The position numbers were made by a program, and so were the translations under genes. Of a DNA stretch of 64,000 bases, positions 24,544 through 38,015 are shown in pieces. Numbering within the stretch: position 1 is the first letter of the stretch; each line of letters opens with the position of its first letter. Location of the stretch: the NCBI RefSeq assembly GCF_001194135.2, contig NC_068981.1:79162631-79226630 (forward strand), given 5' to 3'. Below the pieces are notes generated by a model. It was not told the origin of the DNA, searched no databases, and was given only the letters and a program-made list of their open reading frames with translations. This stretch comes from Octopus bimaculoides. Taxonomy: Eukaryota.

Positions 24544-26490
24544 GTTTCCCAAATTCTGTGGCATATATATTACCCCAATGGACAGAATATTGGACTGTCA
24601 CAGGTTTACTCATTTTTGCCAGCTGAGTGGACTGGAGCAACATGAAATGAAGTGTTTTGCTCAAGAACACAATGCATCACCTGGCCCAGGAATAGAAACC
24701 ACAATTTTACTACCATGAACTCAACATCCTAACCACTAAATAATGTGCCTCTACTATATATATATATATATATATATTCCAGATTTAGAGAGAAGCAAGT
24801 ATTTGCTGTAAATGTCTTCCACATTAAAAACTTTTAATCCAAGGCATTGTGCTTTTGTAACATGAATATGTTTAGAATAATCAATTCATCAGAATAGCCT
24901 AAATATATTGATGCTTCAAAATATATAAATATTGATGCTACATTGTCAGAGATCAATACTTGCATGAAAGTGAAAAAAGACAAACGAAACAAGGAAAAAC
25001 TTGCAGACAAAGACTATGTTATGCTTTCATTCTTTTAATATTAATGAGTAAAATAAAATGAAAAAAACAGCTGAAAATAAACTGAGAAAAAAATAAAATA
25101 AATTTCTTTTGTCGTTGTTTACAAAGAGGTTTATATAAATAAGATTCTGTGACAGTCAAAATTAATTGGTGATAACCATTTCTTTCAACTACTAACCAGT
25201 AACAATTGAAATTAGATATATCAACCACAATAAATCTCACCTGGTTATCCTGATCCTCCTTCCCAATCGACGAAGATCACAAAAATAAAATACATATATA
25301 TAATAGGAAGAATAAATAAATTGAGAAAAAAGGGCACTGCCCTTGCAGTCTCAATGTAACAAAACAAAATTATTGCTACCATAGCAATGTTACCACAGAG
25401 GTTCCTATTCTACTTTTCTGTATCAACATTAAGGTAGTAGCAATATAAAACTGGTAATAGAGAAGATATGTTTAGAGAAACATGAACCAGTTATGAACCA
25501 ATCTACTTTATATTGGGTAATTTGCAAACCCACACACAAAGAAAAAAAAAACACTTTGTCTATGTTCTAGGTTTGTGTCTAGTTTCAGTAATCCTTCTGA
25601 GTCTAATGAACTATCATGTTAATGCAATCATAACATTTATCAATTAATATCACTTTTATTTTGTAATCAAAGACTAAAAAAATTAAAAGCTATTGGTGAA
25701 GAACAACACGAAAAATTCAGTTAGTAGAAAGCTAAAGAGCCAGAATAGGTAGTGTCTTGGTTACTTTGTCACAAAGAAACCTGCCCAATGAGGTTGAAAG
25801 AAATCAGAGCCTTGTAAGCATGTGTTTCCAGTGTTACTAAAGTGACTTTGATAAATATAGGGATGGCAGATATAAAAAAATCTAGGTCAGGTTTAACTTG
25901 ACTAGGATGATAAGGATGAGGTGATATTACTGTAAGCTCAAGAAAATAAAGTGGCAGTTGAAGCTGCAAGCCCATATCTTTAGTGTCTGATTTGCAGACT
26001 ATTAATCCTATTTAAGGAATTTTTAAAATTATTATTACTTTCATCATCGACAACAGTTGATGAATTAACAGATAGACAGGGTATTATGTCATAGAAAAGT
26101 AGCACAGAAAAAAAGATAAATTAACGTAATTAGGACAAACTATATTATTTCATCTTATGACTAGACATACATACAAATATCGAGCAAAGGAAAAATTTAA
26201 ATACACCCCTTAACTTTGTTTCAATTAAATATTCTTTATACAGGAGATTAGCATTTTATGAACAATATTTCTTTAAAATTTTCATGGGTACATTTATTTT
26301 ATAAAATTTGGAATGAAAATGAATTCATTTAAAAACCTTCAATAATTTATAGAAAATAATTTGTGAACTAGGGTTAATGATTAGTGGAATATTTCATACA
26401 AAGTAGCTGACTTTTATAGTGCTGAATAAAAGCATACATTTGTTGAGGACTTCTTTAATTTACAAAGATCATTCCTCAAAAAGGCAATCA

Positions 26491-26907
26491 TCAAAATACA
26501 GGATTGGAATCCACAGGTGAGTTTGAGAGATCAGGATCTTGATTACTGGACTGATTTTCCATGTTGCGTAATCTTACTGTTTTACAATTACATGTATGAT
26601 GTATAGCTGGAGATTCACTACGGGATGAACTTGTATCATCATCAGTAATTTTTGATATGTTTTGATCACAAGAACTTTCCTTTGACAACTGTTTGTTTGA
26701 CATTTTATCAAGGTTATCTGAGTTTTCAAGATGAGTCGATGAAGTAGACTTGTCCAAAGAAATTTGAAGGCCAATCCAGTTGAGTAATTTTCCCAAGAAA
26801 GGTAAGCAAATAGCTTGGTGGAGAATAGCTATGATGCGATACATCTGACCAGAGAATGGATCTGAGACAGCAGGGCATAATATATTGTTGAGATTGACAG
26901 AGGAGAG
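26491..26907 (-). CDS. TMEM164: TMEM164 terminal coding exon (138 aa + stop)
   Basis: Acceptor ttttctttttag|CTC; contains VNLNNILCPAVSDPF, followed by a Ser/Asp-rich tail; stop TGA at 26491-26493. Confidence 0.92.
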   Translation of the reverse strand, partial: LSSVNLNNILCPAVSDPFSGQMYRIIAILHQAICLPFLGKLLNWIGLQISLDKSTSSTHLENSDNLDKMSNKQLSKESSCDQNISKITDDDTSSSRSESPAIHHTCNCKTVRLRNMENQSSNQDPDLSNSPVDSNPVF

Positions 26908-29900
26908 CTAAAAAGAAAAAAAAGAAAATAATGAAAACAATAATAGCAACATATACTGCAAGAAAATAATAAATGCCTATAGTAAAAATTGTTTATTCAC
27001 TGCAGGTATTGTGATGCATTTCTAGCAGAACATGTAGTTCTCCATTACTTCAGTTGACCACACTGCAGTAAATATTTTTTTTACTTTTGTACAAAGTTAC
27101 TTAACTATAGATTTTTGTTACGTCAAGAGAAAGAAAGGGAGAATAAGTGACAGAATGAGTGAGAAAGAAAGGGAGAATAAGTGACAGAATGAGTGAGAAA
27201 GAGAGAGAATGAGAGAGAGAGAGAGAGAGAATGAGTGAGAGAGAGAGAATGAGTGAGAGAGAGAGAGAGAATGAGTGAGAGAGAGAGAGAGAATGAGTGA
27301 GTGAGAGAGAATGAGTGAGTGAGAGAGAGAGAGAGTGAGAGAGAGAGAGAATGAGTGAGAGAGAGAGAATGAGTGAGAGAGAGAGAATGAGTGAGTGAGA
27401 GAGAGAGTGAGAGAGAGAGAGAGAGAGAATGAGTGAGAGAGAGAATGAGTGAGAGAGAGAATGAGTGAGAAAGAGAATGAGTGAGGAAGAGAAAGAATGA
27501 GTGAGAGAGAGAAAGAATGAGTGAGAGAGAGAAAGAATGAGTGAGAGAGAGAAAGAATGAGTGAGAGAGAGAAAGAATGAGTGTAAGAGAGAGAATGAGT
27601 GAGAGAGAGAGAATGAGTGAGAGAGAGAGAATGAGTGAGAGAGAGAGAATGAGTGAGAGAGAGAGAATGAGTGAGAAAGAGAAAGAATGAGTGAGAGAGA
27701 GAAAGAATGAGTGAGAGAGAGAAAGAATGAGTGAGAGAGAGAAAGAATGAGTGAGAGAGAGAAAGAATGAGTGAGAGAGAGAAAGAATGCATGAGAGAGA
27801 GAAAGAATGAGTGAGAAAGAGAGAAAGAATGAGTGAGAAAGAGAGAATGAATGAAAGAGAGAATGAATGAAAGAGAGAGAATGAATGAGAAAGAGAGAGA
27901 ATGAATGAGAAAGAGAGAATGAGTGAGAGAGAGAGAAAGTGAGAGTGAGAGAGAAAGTATAAGTGAGATAGATTCATCTTTTTTTCTCAAAGCAACAAAT
28001 TCAAGAATTAAGTACAAGTTCTGTAGCTCTATGACTTCTGTCTATGAAACATAAGAGACGTAAGCAGAACATACATACTAATGATTTGCAACCCTTTTGG
28101 TCATGGAATGAATATTCTCATGAAATTCCTATCCTACAATTCGCTTCAAAATATTAATTTTTTTTTTTATTTATTTATCCAAGTTGGTGACATTTTTGTA
28201 CTTATATAAATATCAACTAAAAATGATACAAAATATTTCTATTGCTGTAAATATCAACCACGATAAGTGAGAAGTTTCAGTAAATGTCAATTGTTTGGAT
28301 TTCATACAAGCTGAGAAATAATACAGAATTTAAAATATCATTCAATCATCATCATCATCGTTTAACGTCCACTTTCCATGCTGGCATGAGTTAGAAGGTT
28401 TGGCTGAGGACTGGAAAACCAGTAGGCTGCACCAGGCTCCAATCTGATCAGGCATGGTTTCAATAGCTGGATGCCCTTCCTAACGTCAACCACTCCGAGA
28501 GTGTAGTGGGTGCTTTTTATGTGCCACTGGCATGGGAGCCAGTCAGGGGGCACTGGCACTGACCACCTTCAGATGGTGCTTTTTACGTGCCACCGGCAAG
28601 GAAGCCAGTCAGGAGGCACAAGCATTGACCATGTTTGGATGGTGCTTTTTACGTGCCACCGGCATGGGAGCCAGTTTGGATGGTGGAGTGTACAAAAAAA
28701 AAAATTTACCATGTCTATACAGAGAGGTAATATAAATGGATGATGTTTGGCTGATTGTTGCTCAAAGGTAAGAGATGAGACTGAAGATGAACAAGAAATA
28801 TAGAAATGGGGTGACATAGAACAATATTGAAAATGTCAAAATTTGCAAACACAACCCACTTTACATATATGCTAAAAAACACAATATATTTGTTTAAAAA
28901 AATGGTACTGAATGTTTACTACAGATCTAGAGATGTCAAGGCAAAGAAACACAAATACCCATGCATACACACACACATATTTAGTCTGATCAATAAGTAT
29001 CTGGACTGTTGCCATAGTAATGAACCTAAAGCACGCAGAGTGAAGCTGCTTGGCACAGATTAACCTTGATCTCTGCTGTACATGTGCACTAAGTTTTAAC
29101 ATCCTAGCTCATTTCTGCTGTTTACAGCAGTGCTTGGAAGCAAGGTGTGTAGCATGTGATTGTCGCATTGACCATAACAGAGAAAGTTGAGCAGAGAATC
29201 TGAGTCAAGTTTTGCCAAAAGCTTGGCAAGACCTGCTCAGAAGCCAATGTAAAGTTTTCAAAAACTTTTCAGCGTTCTCGACACAATGAAGGACATCTTG
29301 CACAACTGAAACCCGAGTGTCTTTTTAGTCAGCTGAAAACAGTTTTGGCAAACTTGGCAGGCGCACATCTCATACCCAAATCTTCAGTGATAATGGACTG
29401 AACTGAACCATAATTAATCTGCACATCTTCTGATAACTCACGGATGGTGAGTTGATGATTTCCCCTCACATCTGCATGCACATTTGTGATGTTTTTCTCA
29501 GTTCTGCAGGTTGCAGGTCCATCAAAATGTTAGTCAATATCAACATCTTTTAGGCCATCTTGGAAACGTCTGACCCACTCATAAACTTGTTTGTGACTCA
29601 TACACTTTCTGCAACTTTGCGTAGGCCTCTGAGCAGGTATCGGCATGACAGCTTTCTCTGTCATGGTCAATGCGACGATCAGATGCTACATACCTTCCTT
29701 CCAAGCACTGCTGTAAACAGCGGAAATGAGCTAGAATGTTAAAATTCAGTGCACATGCACAGCAATATTCAAGGTCAATCTGTGCCAAGCGGCTTCACTC
29801 TGCATGCTTTAGCTTTGTTACTATGACAACAGTCTGGATACTTATTGATCAGACCGCGTATATATATATATCATCATATATATATATATATATATANNNN

Positions 29901-30315
29901 NNNNNNNNNNNNNNNNNNNNNNNNNNNNNNNNNNNNNNNNNNNNNNNNNNNNNNNNNNNNNNNNNNNNNNNNNNNNNNNNNNNNNNNNNNNNNNNNNNNN
30001 NNNNNNNNNNNNNNNNNNNNNNNNNNNNNNNNNNNNNNNNNNNNNNNNNNNNNNNNNNNNNNNNNNNNNNNNNNNNNNNNNNNNNNNNNNNNNNNNNNNN
30101 NNNNNNNNNNNNNNTCCAATCTGATTTGGCAGAGTTTCTACAGCTGGATGCCCTTCCTAATGCCAACTACTCCGAGAGTGTAGTGGGTGCTTTTACGTGC
30201 CACCGGAAGGTGCCAGGAAGGCAATGCTGGGCACAGGTGCCATGACAATTTCCCTTTCGCTTGCCCCAATAGGTCTTCGCAAGCCGAGTTTCGTGACCCA
30301 CACATACACATACAG

Positions 30316-30362
<47 letters not shown>

Positions 30363-33300
30363 CATACACACACACATGCAAGCATAGAAGGCTGTTTAAA
30401 ATGCCTTCTTGAACATTTTCTTCTACAATTATACCAACTCCTCCAGCCTAAATCCGTAACTGGTTTATTTCTTCTATCATTAAAAACAGAAGTGCTTTTT
30501 ACTTACCAAAAGTAGCATTACTCTGACCAGATTACAAAATATATCTCACATCATGTGGAATCTTGCTAGTATGATTAAGGTTAAAATCAATAATAACAAC
30601 ATCTGTAGGTTATTTAACCCTTTAGGGTTCAGGTTTTTCAGTCAAATGTAATACTTATTCATTGACATTGTTTTAAATTAATCATGCATTATCTTGTAGC
30701 CTTGAGATTTTGATGATGTGATTATTTATTTTTAGTGTGAGAAGCTAGATCTGGATGGTTTGAGCATAAAATAAGAAGAATATTTGGGCTGGATATGGCT
30801 AGTTTAAATGCTACAGGGCTAGGACAACATATGTACTCTTCATTTCACTAGGTCTTTACATTTAAATCAAGAGCTATTACAGTGTTATGAAAAAACCCAA
30901 GAGGACCCTTCAATTGGCTGTATAAAGCAGCTAAAAAAGTAGAGGAACAAATTCACACAAACTTATACTAGTTTATGGCAAAACAACTTTGGCAGCAAAC
31001 ATCTCTTTCTTTGCTAAAAAAATGGCTGTCACAGATAGCAATTCTTGTTCAAACTCCCATGATCCTAATAAATCCTCTCTAAGTACTCAGACCTAGTCAA
31101 AATTTCCCATGAGAAAATAATGTAATGAAACTGCTGTTGTCATCACTAAACTCTCATATACCTCCACATGTAATTGACTCAATAGGGACGACTGGAATAC
31201 ATTCAGGTTCAGAACATTTTGAAACCACAGTTGATAAAAGACTAATTTTTTCTAATCTAGCATCAAGTGACGGGCCATTCTTAACAAAGTTAAAGAAAAA
31301 GCCAAGGGCTCCCATGTTGAAAGTCATTGATGATGTTGCTGGAGAACATATGGAATCATGCAATGTTAATTGCTGGACAATTAATACCTTTTTGGACACA
31401 GCTGCTATTACTCTTAAAGAACACCTTGGAGAAACCAGCAGTACATCATTATCATCATTTAGCATTCATTTTCCATACTGGCATGGGTTAGACAGCTTGA
31501 TTGAATTCATAAGCTGGAATGCTGCACCAAGTTCCAGTCTGTTTTAGCTTGGTTTCTATGGCTGATATACCACACTGACTTGCTTATAGAACATGAATTT
31601 TGTAACCATGAATGAAACAACCAAGTTAGCGGAAAACTATAGGCTCATTGTTTGCTTAAACTTAATGCACAAACTTTACACAAGTTGTCTGAACTATTTC
31701 CACCAGGAACATTGTGATTAGCTCTTTCCACCTGGAAGACTGGATGCTTTTTACATGGCACCTGCACCGACAGGGTCACCAAGTAACATGCAAGACAAGG
31801 AATTTTGAGAGCAGAGGGGGCATTGAAGAAAGGGATTTTGTGTCAGATGATGAAAGGTTAGAGTGTTACCTGGTCAGAGAGAGGTACAATAAAGAGAGAT
31901 AAGAAAAAGAGAGAAGAGAGAGAAGAAAAAGAGAGAAGAAAGAGAAGAAAAAGAGAGTGAGAGGAAGGGAGAGAGAGGTACAGGAAAGAAGACAGAAACA
32001 AGTGGGCTGATGTAAAGGAGATACTTGGATATCTAGCTAGAGGGAAAAGTAAGAAGACCCACCCCATACAGCAAAAATGATGTCCTAAAATCATTCTGGT
32101 TATGCTTATAACCCATTCTGCCCCATCAAGTATTCTACACACTTCATTCCTCAAACATCCAGCCCTCAATCACTCCTCTATCTATAGTGCTACCTGGCAG
32201 CTGTAATCATCTGAAAGCAGTATTGGCACATAGTACTCCTCCATTTCTTTGTATCTCTAGTTATCTCATCCCCATTATCCTCCCTTTCTCACCCACACTA
32301 TTTCACTGATCAACTCCTTTCTATGCCTTCAGTTAATTCTCTCCTCTGCTATATTCCATTCTACTCCATTTAATACCTCACATATCTGATTTCCTCATCA
32401 TTACCATCTCATTTATGCTATCACACCCCACTCACTATAGCCACTCTTATGTACCCCCTACATCTCCCTCCTTACCACTTCTACACCTTGCACATTAATC
32501 TCCTACCTTCTGATCTATCCTTCCTGAACCATTTCTATCTCTCACCTTACTAACATTCTTCATACTGATATTTCCCATTCACTGTACCTCCTCCACCCTC
32601 ATCTCGAACCATCTGGTACTCTCTCCTCACACACGAAAACACCCACTCTTCCCTCCCCTCCAGTGACTCACTGTCTGTATCCTTTCTTATACCCACCTTC
32701 CTGTACCTCAAGAGTTTGCTCTGTCACTCCATCACTTCATCTTTATCTCCTTCCCAACTACTTTCAACCATCTTTACACAAAGTGTGGTAGCCATATGTT
32801 CCCTCTGTAGCAAGGCACCTATGCTTGTCCCACTCTCATACTCTAAGCCCTTGACAATTAGCATAAAGCTGTCCCATCCCCTTCAATACTCCCTCCCACC
32901 CACAAATAGGGAGTACATGACCCCAGCAGCCAGATTACATCTGCAGTCAATCTTCAGGGCTCAGTCTCCATTGTTAGTGAGTGTGGAGACCAGGGAGATG
33001 AAGGAGCTGACTAACTCCGTGACATGAATGTAGAACTACATATTATGTTATCTCTTTTATGGTGCCATTTACTTCTCTCACAACCCAAAATCACTTCAAT
33101 TGACTTCCACCCTTCATTCATACATTGTCCCTCTTCACTTACATTTTACATTGATAACTCTACCCTTCTATGCTAGCAAATTATCTCCCCATTTCCAGTG
33201 AATTACTTCCTGTTGATTTGTCTATATCGCTATACATCGCTCACTCTCTTCCCCTACATTATGTCTTTCTCTCCACTCACACTGTTTCAACATTTTACCT

Positions 33301-36300
33301 CTCATACTCTTATAACCTCCGCCCCACCCCATACACATATCATGCCTTTCTTTCTATTCGGTAACTCTTTACTCTTTTGTACTGCCTATCAGCACCTACA
33401 CCCTGACTCATATATATCATTGATTATCCCTCCACTATTTTTCAATCTCTAGTCATAGACCTTTCCCAATCTCTAGTCATCACCCAATCATATCATCAAC
33501 AACAAAATTTAACATCTGTTTTCCATGCTGGCATGGGTCAAATGGCTTGACAGGAACTGACAAGGCCAGGGGCCACACAAGGTTCCATAGACTGTTTTGG
33601 TTTGGTTTCTATGGCTGGATGTCCTTTCTAATGCCAACAAATCCAGAGTATACTGGCTGCTTTTTACATGGCACCAGCACCCACACCAATACTTTTATGT
33701 GTCACCTTGGTTTTAGGATCTCAATTCTGTTTTGATGGGCAGGTCTTCTTGGTTACTGCAATACATCACATATCTCAGTTCTCTGTCATCTTCTTTCATA
33801 AGGTTCAGCATTTTGAGATCAGTTTTCAATACCTTGTCCCATGTTTTCCTGGGCCTCCCTTTTCTACAACTTCCCTCCACTTTAAGTGATCAGCACTTCT
33901 TCATGCAACTCATCCATCTGCATCGCATGACCAAACCACTGCAGTCTCCACCCTTGCACACTACATCTAATTCTTCTTATGTCCAACTTCTCTCTCAATA
34001 CACCAATGCTCTGTCGCACATGCACACTGACTTCACACATCCAACAGAGCATACTAGCTTCATTCCTCTCCAGCCTTCGCATGTCCTCCACATTCAAGGC
34101 TCACATCTCATTACCATGCAGAATTGCAGTTCAAACACATGCATCATATAATGTTCCCTTCACTCAGAGAGAAAGAGAGACCTTTGGTTGCCAACAGAGG
34201 TAAAAGCTCTCTGAATTTTCTCCATCCTATTCTTATTCTAACAATTACACTTTCTGTACAACCTCCTCCACTGCTAATTAGGTCTCCTAGGTAGTAAAAA
34301 TTATCTACAACTTCCACTAGGACATTCAAAGAAATCACTTTGCCATATATCTGTGGTTTTATGGCTCCTGTATATCTTCCACACTTTACAAATCTCTCAT
34401 CATCACCTACCCTCTCCTACATTTCATCCAACCCCTATTTTATTATCAACCTATACTCATCCTTGACCCTAACCCATTTATTTTAATATTCCTCACTCTC
34501 TCCATACATTTCAACTAACTTTATCCAACCTCCCTTCCTGTTCTTGAGCCCCAAGGGCCCATCCTGATATATTGTCACCATGATCTTTGCTTCTCTTTCC
34601 AGCTCCACACCAATTATTATTTCTGTATAATGTGAGCAACCATGTACCTCTTCTACTGCAAGAAACTGTTCAGGCCCTTTCTTTTATATTCTATCTATTC
34701 ATCAACTGGCATAAAACTGCTGGTTAAGACTTCCGTTGGGTGAGAGCAGCTATAGTAGAACTATAGCCCCTCTCAGCCAATGGAGATCTTAATCTTGCAA
34801 ACTACATGATGCCCTTACTAGTATGGTGCCACAAAAACAATACCCAGTGAACTCTGTAAAGTGATTGGTATTAGAAATGGCACCCAACTCCTAAAACTAA
34901 CTCAAAGCAAACACTGGAGCACATCACAGTCCTCTCACCATTGGATCCTGTCAAATCATCTAAACCATGCCAGCATGGAAGACAGACATTTAAAGATGAA
35001 GAATAAGGTACAAAGTGGTATCAAAAATTTTCTGGACTAATTAGGTTTAATAAAAAGTAACTTATTCACCTTAGTTTTAACATCATCTCTTTTGAAATAG
35101 TTACCTTGTGCAACAATACACCAATCCCATGATTCCTGCCACTTTGGGAATCTGGCCTGGAAGTTGTTTTCCATAAGCAAGTCAAGGACCTTCTGTGATT
35201 CACACTAGATCTCAGCAATGGTATTAAAACAGCGACCTTTGAGCTGCATTTTCATCTTGGGCAAGAGATGGAAGTCTGCAAGTGCTAAATGTGGTGAATA
35301 GGGTGGGTGCGGAAGCAATACCATGTTGTTTTTGGCTAGAAACTCGCAAGTTTATTCTCCTCCAATGATCCTCATGCACAAGCTGATGAATTTTCTCCAC
35401 ATTTTCATGGGTAACGCTCATGGTAGGTCTTCCAGATTGCTCATCATCTTTCAGGGACGTTCTTCCACTTTTGAAGTACCTGTGCCACCCGAAACATTGT
35501 GTACAACCCATTGCCTCATTGCTGTAAGCTTGCCAAAGCATGCTCAATGTCTCTGTAGCAGACTTCCCAAGTTTAAAACAAAATCACATGTTGGTTCTTT
35601 GTTCCAACTTCCTGTCCGTGACAAACTCACAGACTACGGCATACACATGATCACAAAAACAAATTTCACAACTTGAGAAGTAAACAGCCTCATGAAGGTC
35701 ACTGCTCGCTCTCAGTGCACATGCAACCGTGTGCTGCCATCTGTTGGCATGCTACAGAACTAGTCTGGGAACATTTTGATACCTCTTCACAATTAATTTT
35801 ACACAGTAAGGAAGACACACAGAGAAGTTCAACATTATAAACAATAATCTGTAATCAAAAGCAGTAAAGAAAAAGAAAAATTGTATGAAAAGCAGCATTT
35901 ACAATGAAGACTCCAGATTTCAAAAACCTGAAGGCAAGATTTGATGGCATTTAAACCTGCATGTTGAATGTCATTCGAAATAATTCCAAGAAAAAGCATA
36001 CAATCAAGTTAAGACTGTATGACAGTCTTCTTGCAATCACTGATAGCATAAGGGAGAGATGAATATTTGTAGGACATAACTGGACAGCAAAATAAGAACT
36101 CATTAGTGGTACTCTCTTACGGAGACCCCCAAAGTGAATACATATTGGGCAGATGCTAAACAATAATCTCCAACAAGCAGTTCACTATGGACACAGGATG
36201 TTGTCATTCTGACTTCCTGAGTGTTATGCAATACTGTGATTAGTAGAATGACTAAGCTGAACAAATCCGGGCAAGCTCAACCAAATAAGAACAATGAGGA

Positions 36301-36386
36301 TTACACGATGAAATAATTAGTGAAAGCAATCAGAGCAGAATAAGGTTTTATACCAAGAAATGATAAGGTGGGAGGAAAAGAGTGTA

Positions 36387-36427
<41 letters not shown>

Positions 36428-36741
36428 CAATCAAAGTGAGAGGAAGTGTTATTAAAAAAGGGAAACCACTTTTTCTTGTTTCTTGGATATTAGACATTAA
36501 AAACCATCATCATTTTCATAATCATCATGGTTTTAACAACCAATTTTCCATGTTCCCATGGGTCAGATAGAAATCATTGAGGCAAATTTTTCTGCAAACA
36601 GATATCCTCACCTATTTCCAAGCAAGATTATGTTTCCATGGAAGATTGAAAAAAAAAGGACACTGCTTGCATGGTGGTGGCACTTGCTTATAACTATTAT
36701 ACGAAGACATAGCAAGAAGATGGTAACACACCCACACACAC

Positions 36742-36817
<76 letters not shown>

Positions 36818-37848
36818 CGGGCTTCTTTCAGTTTCCACCTACCATATTCACACACAAAGCTTTGATCAGTATAAGGCTATAAAAGTCACTTGCCCAAAGC
36901 ACCATACAGTGAGGGATGAACCTGAAACCATATGGTTGGGAAGGAAGCAAGCTTCTTAGCACACAACCATGCCTGCACTTATAATAATACTTTTATCAAA
37001 TACCTTTTCAAACCATTTAACCCTTTAGCATTTAAACCGGCCATATCCATCCCAAATATTCTACATGTTCAAACTGGCCAGATCTGGCATATCGTACCTA
37101 CCCTACAATGTCATTCTAAGAAGAGACAATCACATCATCAAAATCTCGAGGCTACAAGATAATGCATGATTAATTCAAAATAATGTGAATAAACAAGCAT
37201 TACTTTTGACAGAGTAATATGAACACTGAAGGGTTCAAGGACATATATAGAGAGGTAAAGGTATAAATAAATAAAAAGATTCTTACACTGGCAATTATCT
37301 GTAGTGGTATAAAATGGTAAAATATAAGAATTCCAATCGCAACAAAAGCCCAGCTGAGGTCACTCATCTCTTCACATGTGTAGATACCTATGTAAATAAA
37401 CATTTAAAAACAATTAAATTTTAAAGTAACATTACATGAAATCTGAGTCTTATTAACAGAATTTAACAAATAAAACGAAACACTTCTGATGAAACAAAGC
37501 TGATGAGTATCAAACTGTAATGACAAACAAATTAGTCTCATTTAAGTGAGTGCTTTTCAACCAGGGTCTGTCCATATGGCCCTTGGGGATCCATACAAGA
37601 TTTTGTGAAAAATTTATGTGCAATAAATTTCTTCTACAAAATATTTTAACAATTTTTTTTTATACAATTCCTAAAAAATATTTCATTATAAAAATTCAAT
37701 AGGAATTTTTTAAAGCACTGAATGGTTGTCAGGGTCCATCCAAGTAAAATAGAAATCAAAGAGGTTCGAAGGGTTGAGAAACACTGATTTAAATGGTAAA
37801 GGAACTGCTGGATCACGTCACGTGTATGTAAATGCATACACACGCATG

Positions 37849-37887
<39 letters not shown>

Positions 37888-37937
37888 GGCATTACTACAG
37901 AATAATGCCACACACACACACACACATATATATATTT

Positions 37938-38015
<78 letters not shown>

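Noticed and set aside
30960-31030. KLILVYGKTTLAA, Walker-A-like peptide
   Set aside because: It lacks GxxxxGKT spacing, the ORF is short, and there are no downstream ATPase motifs.
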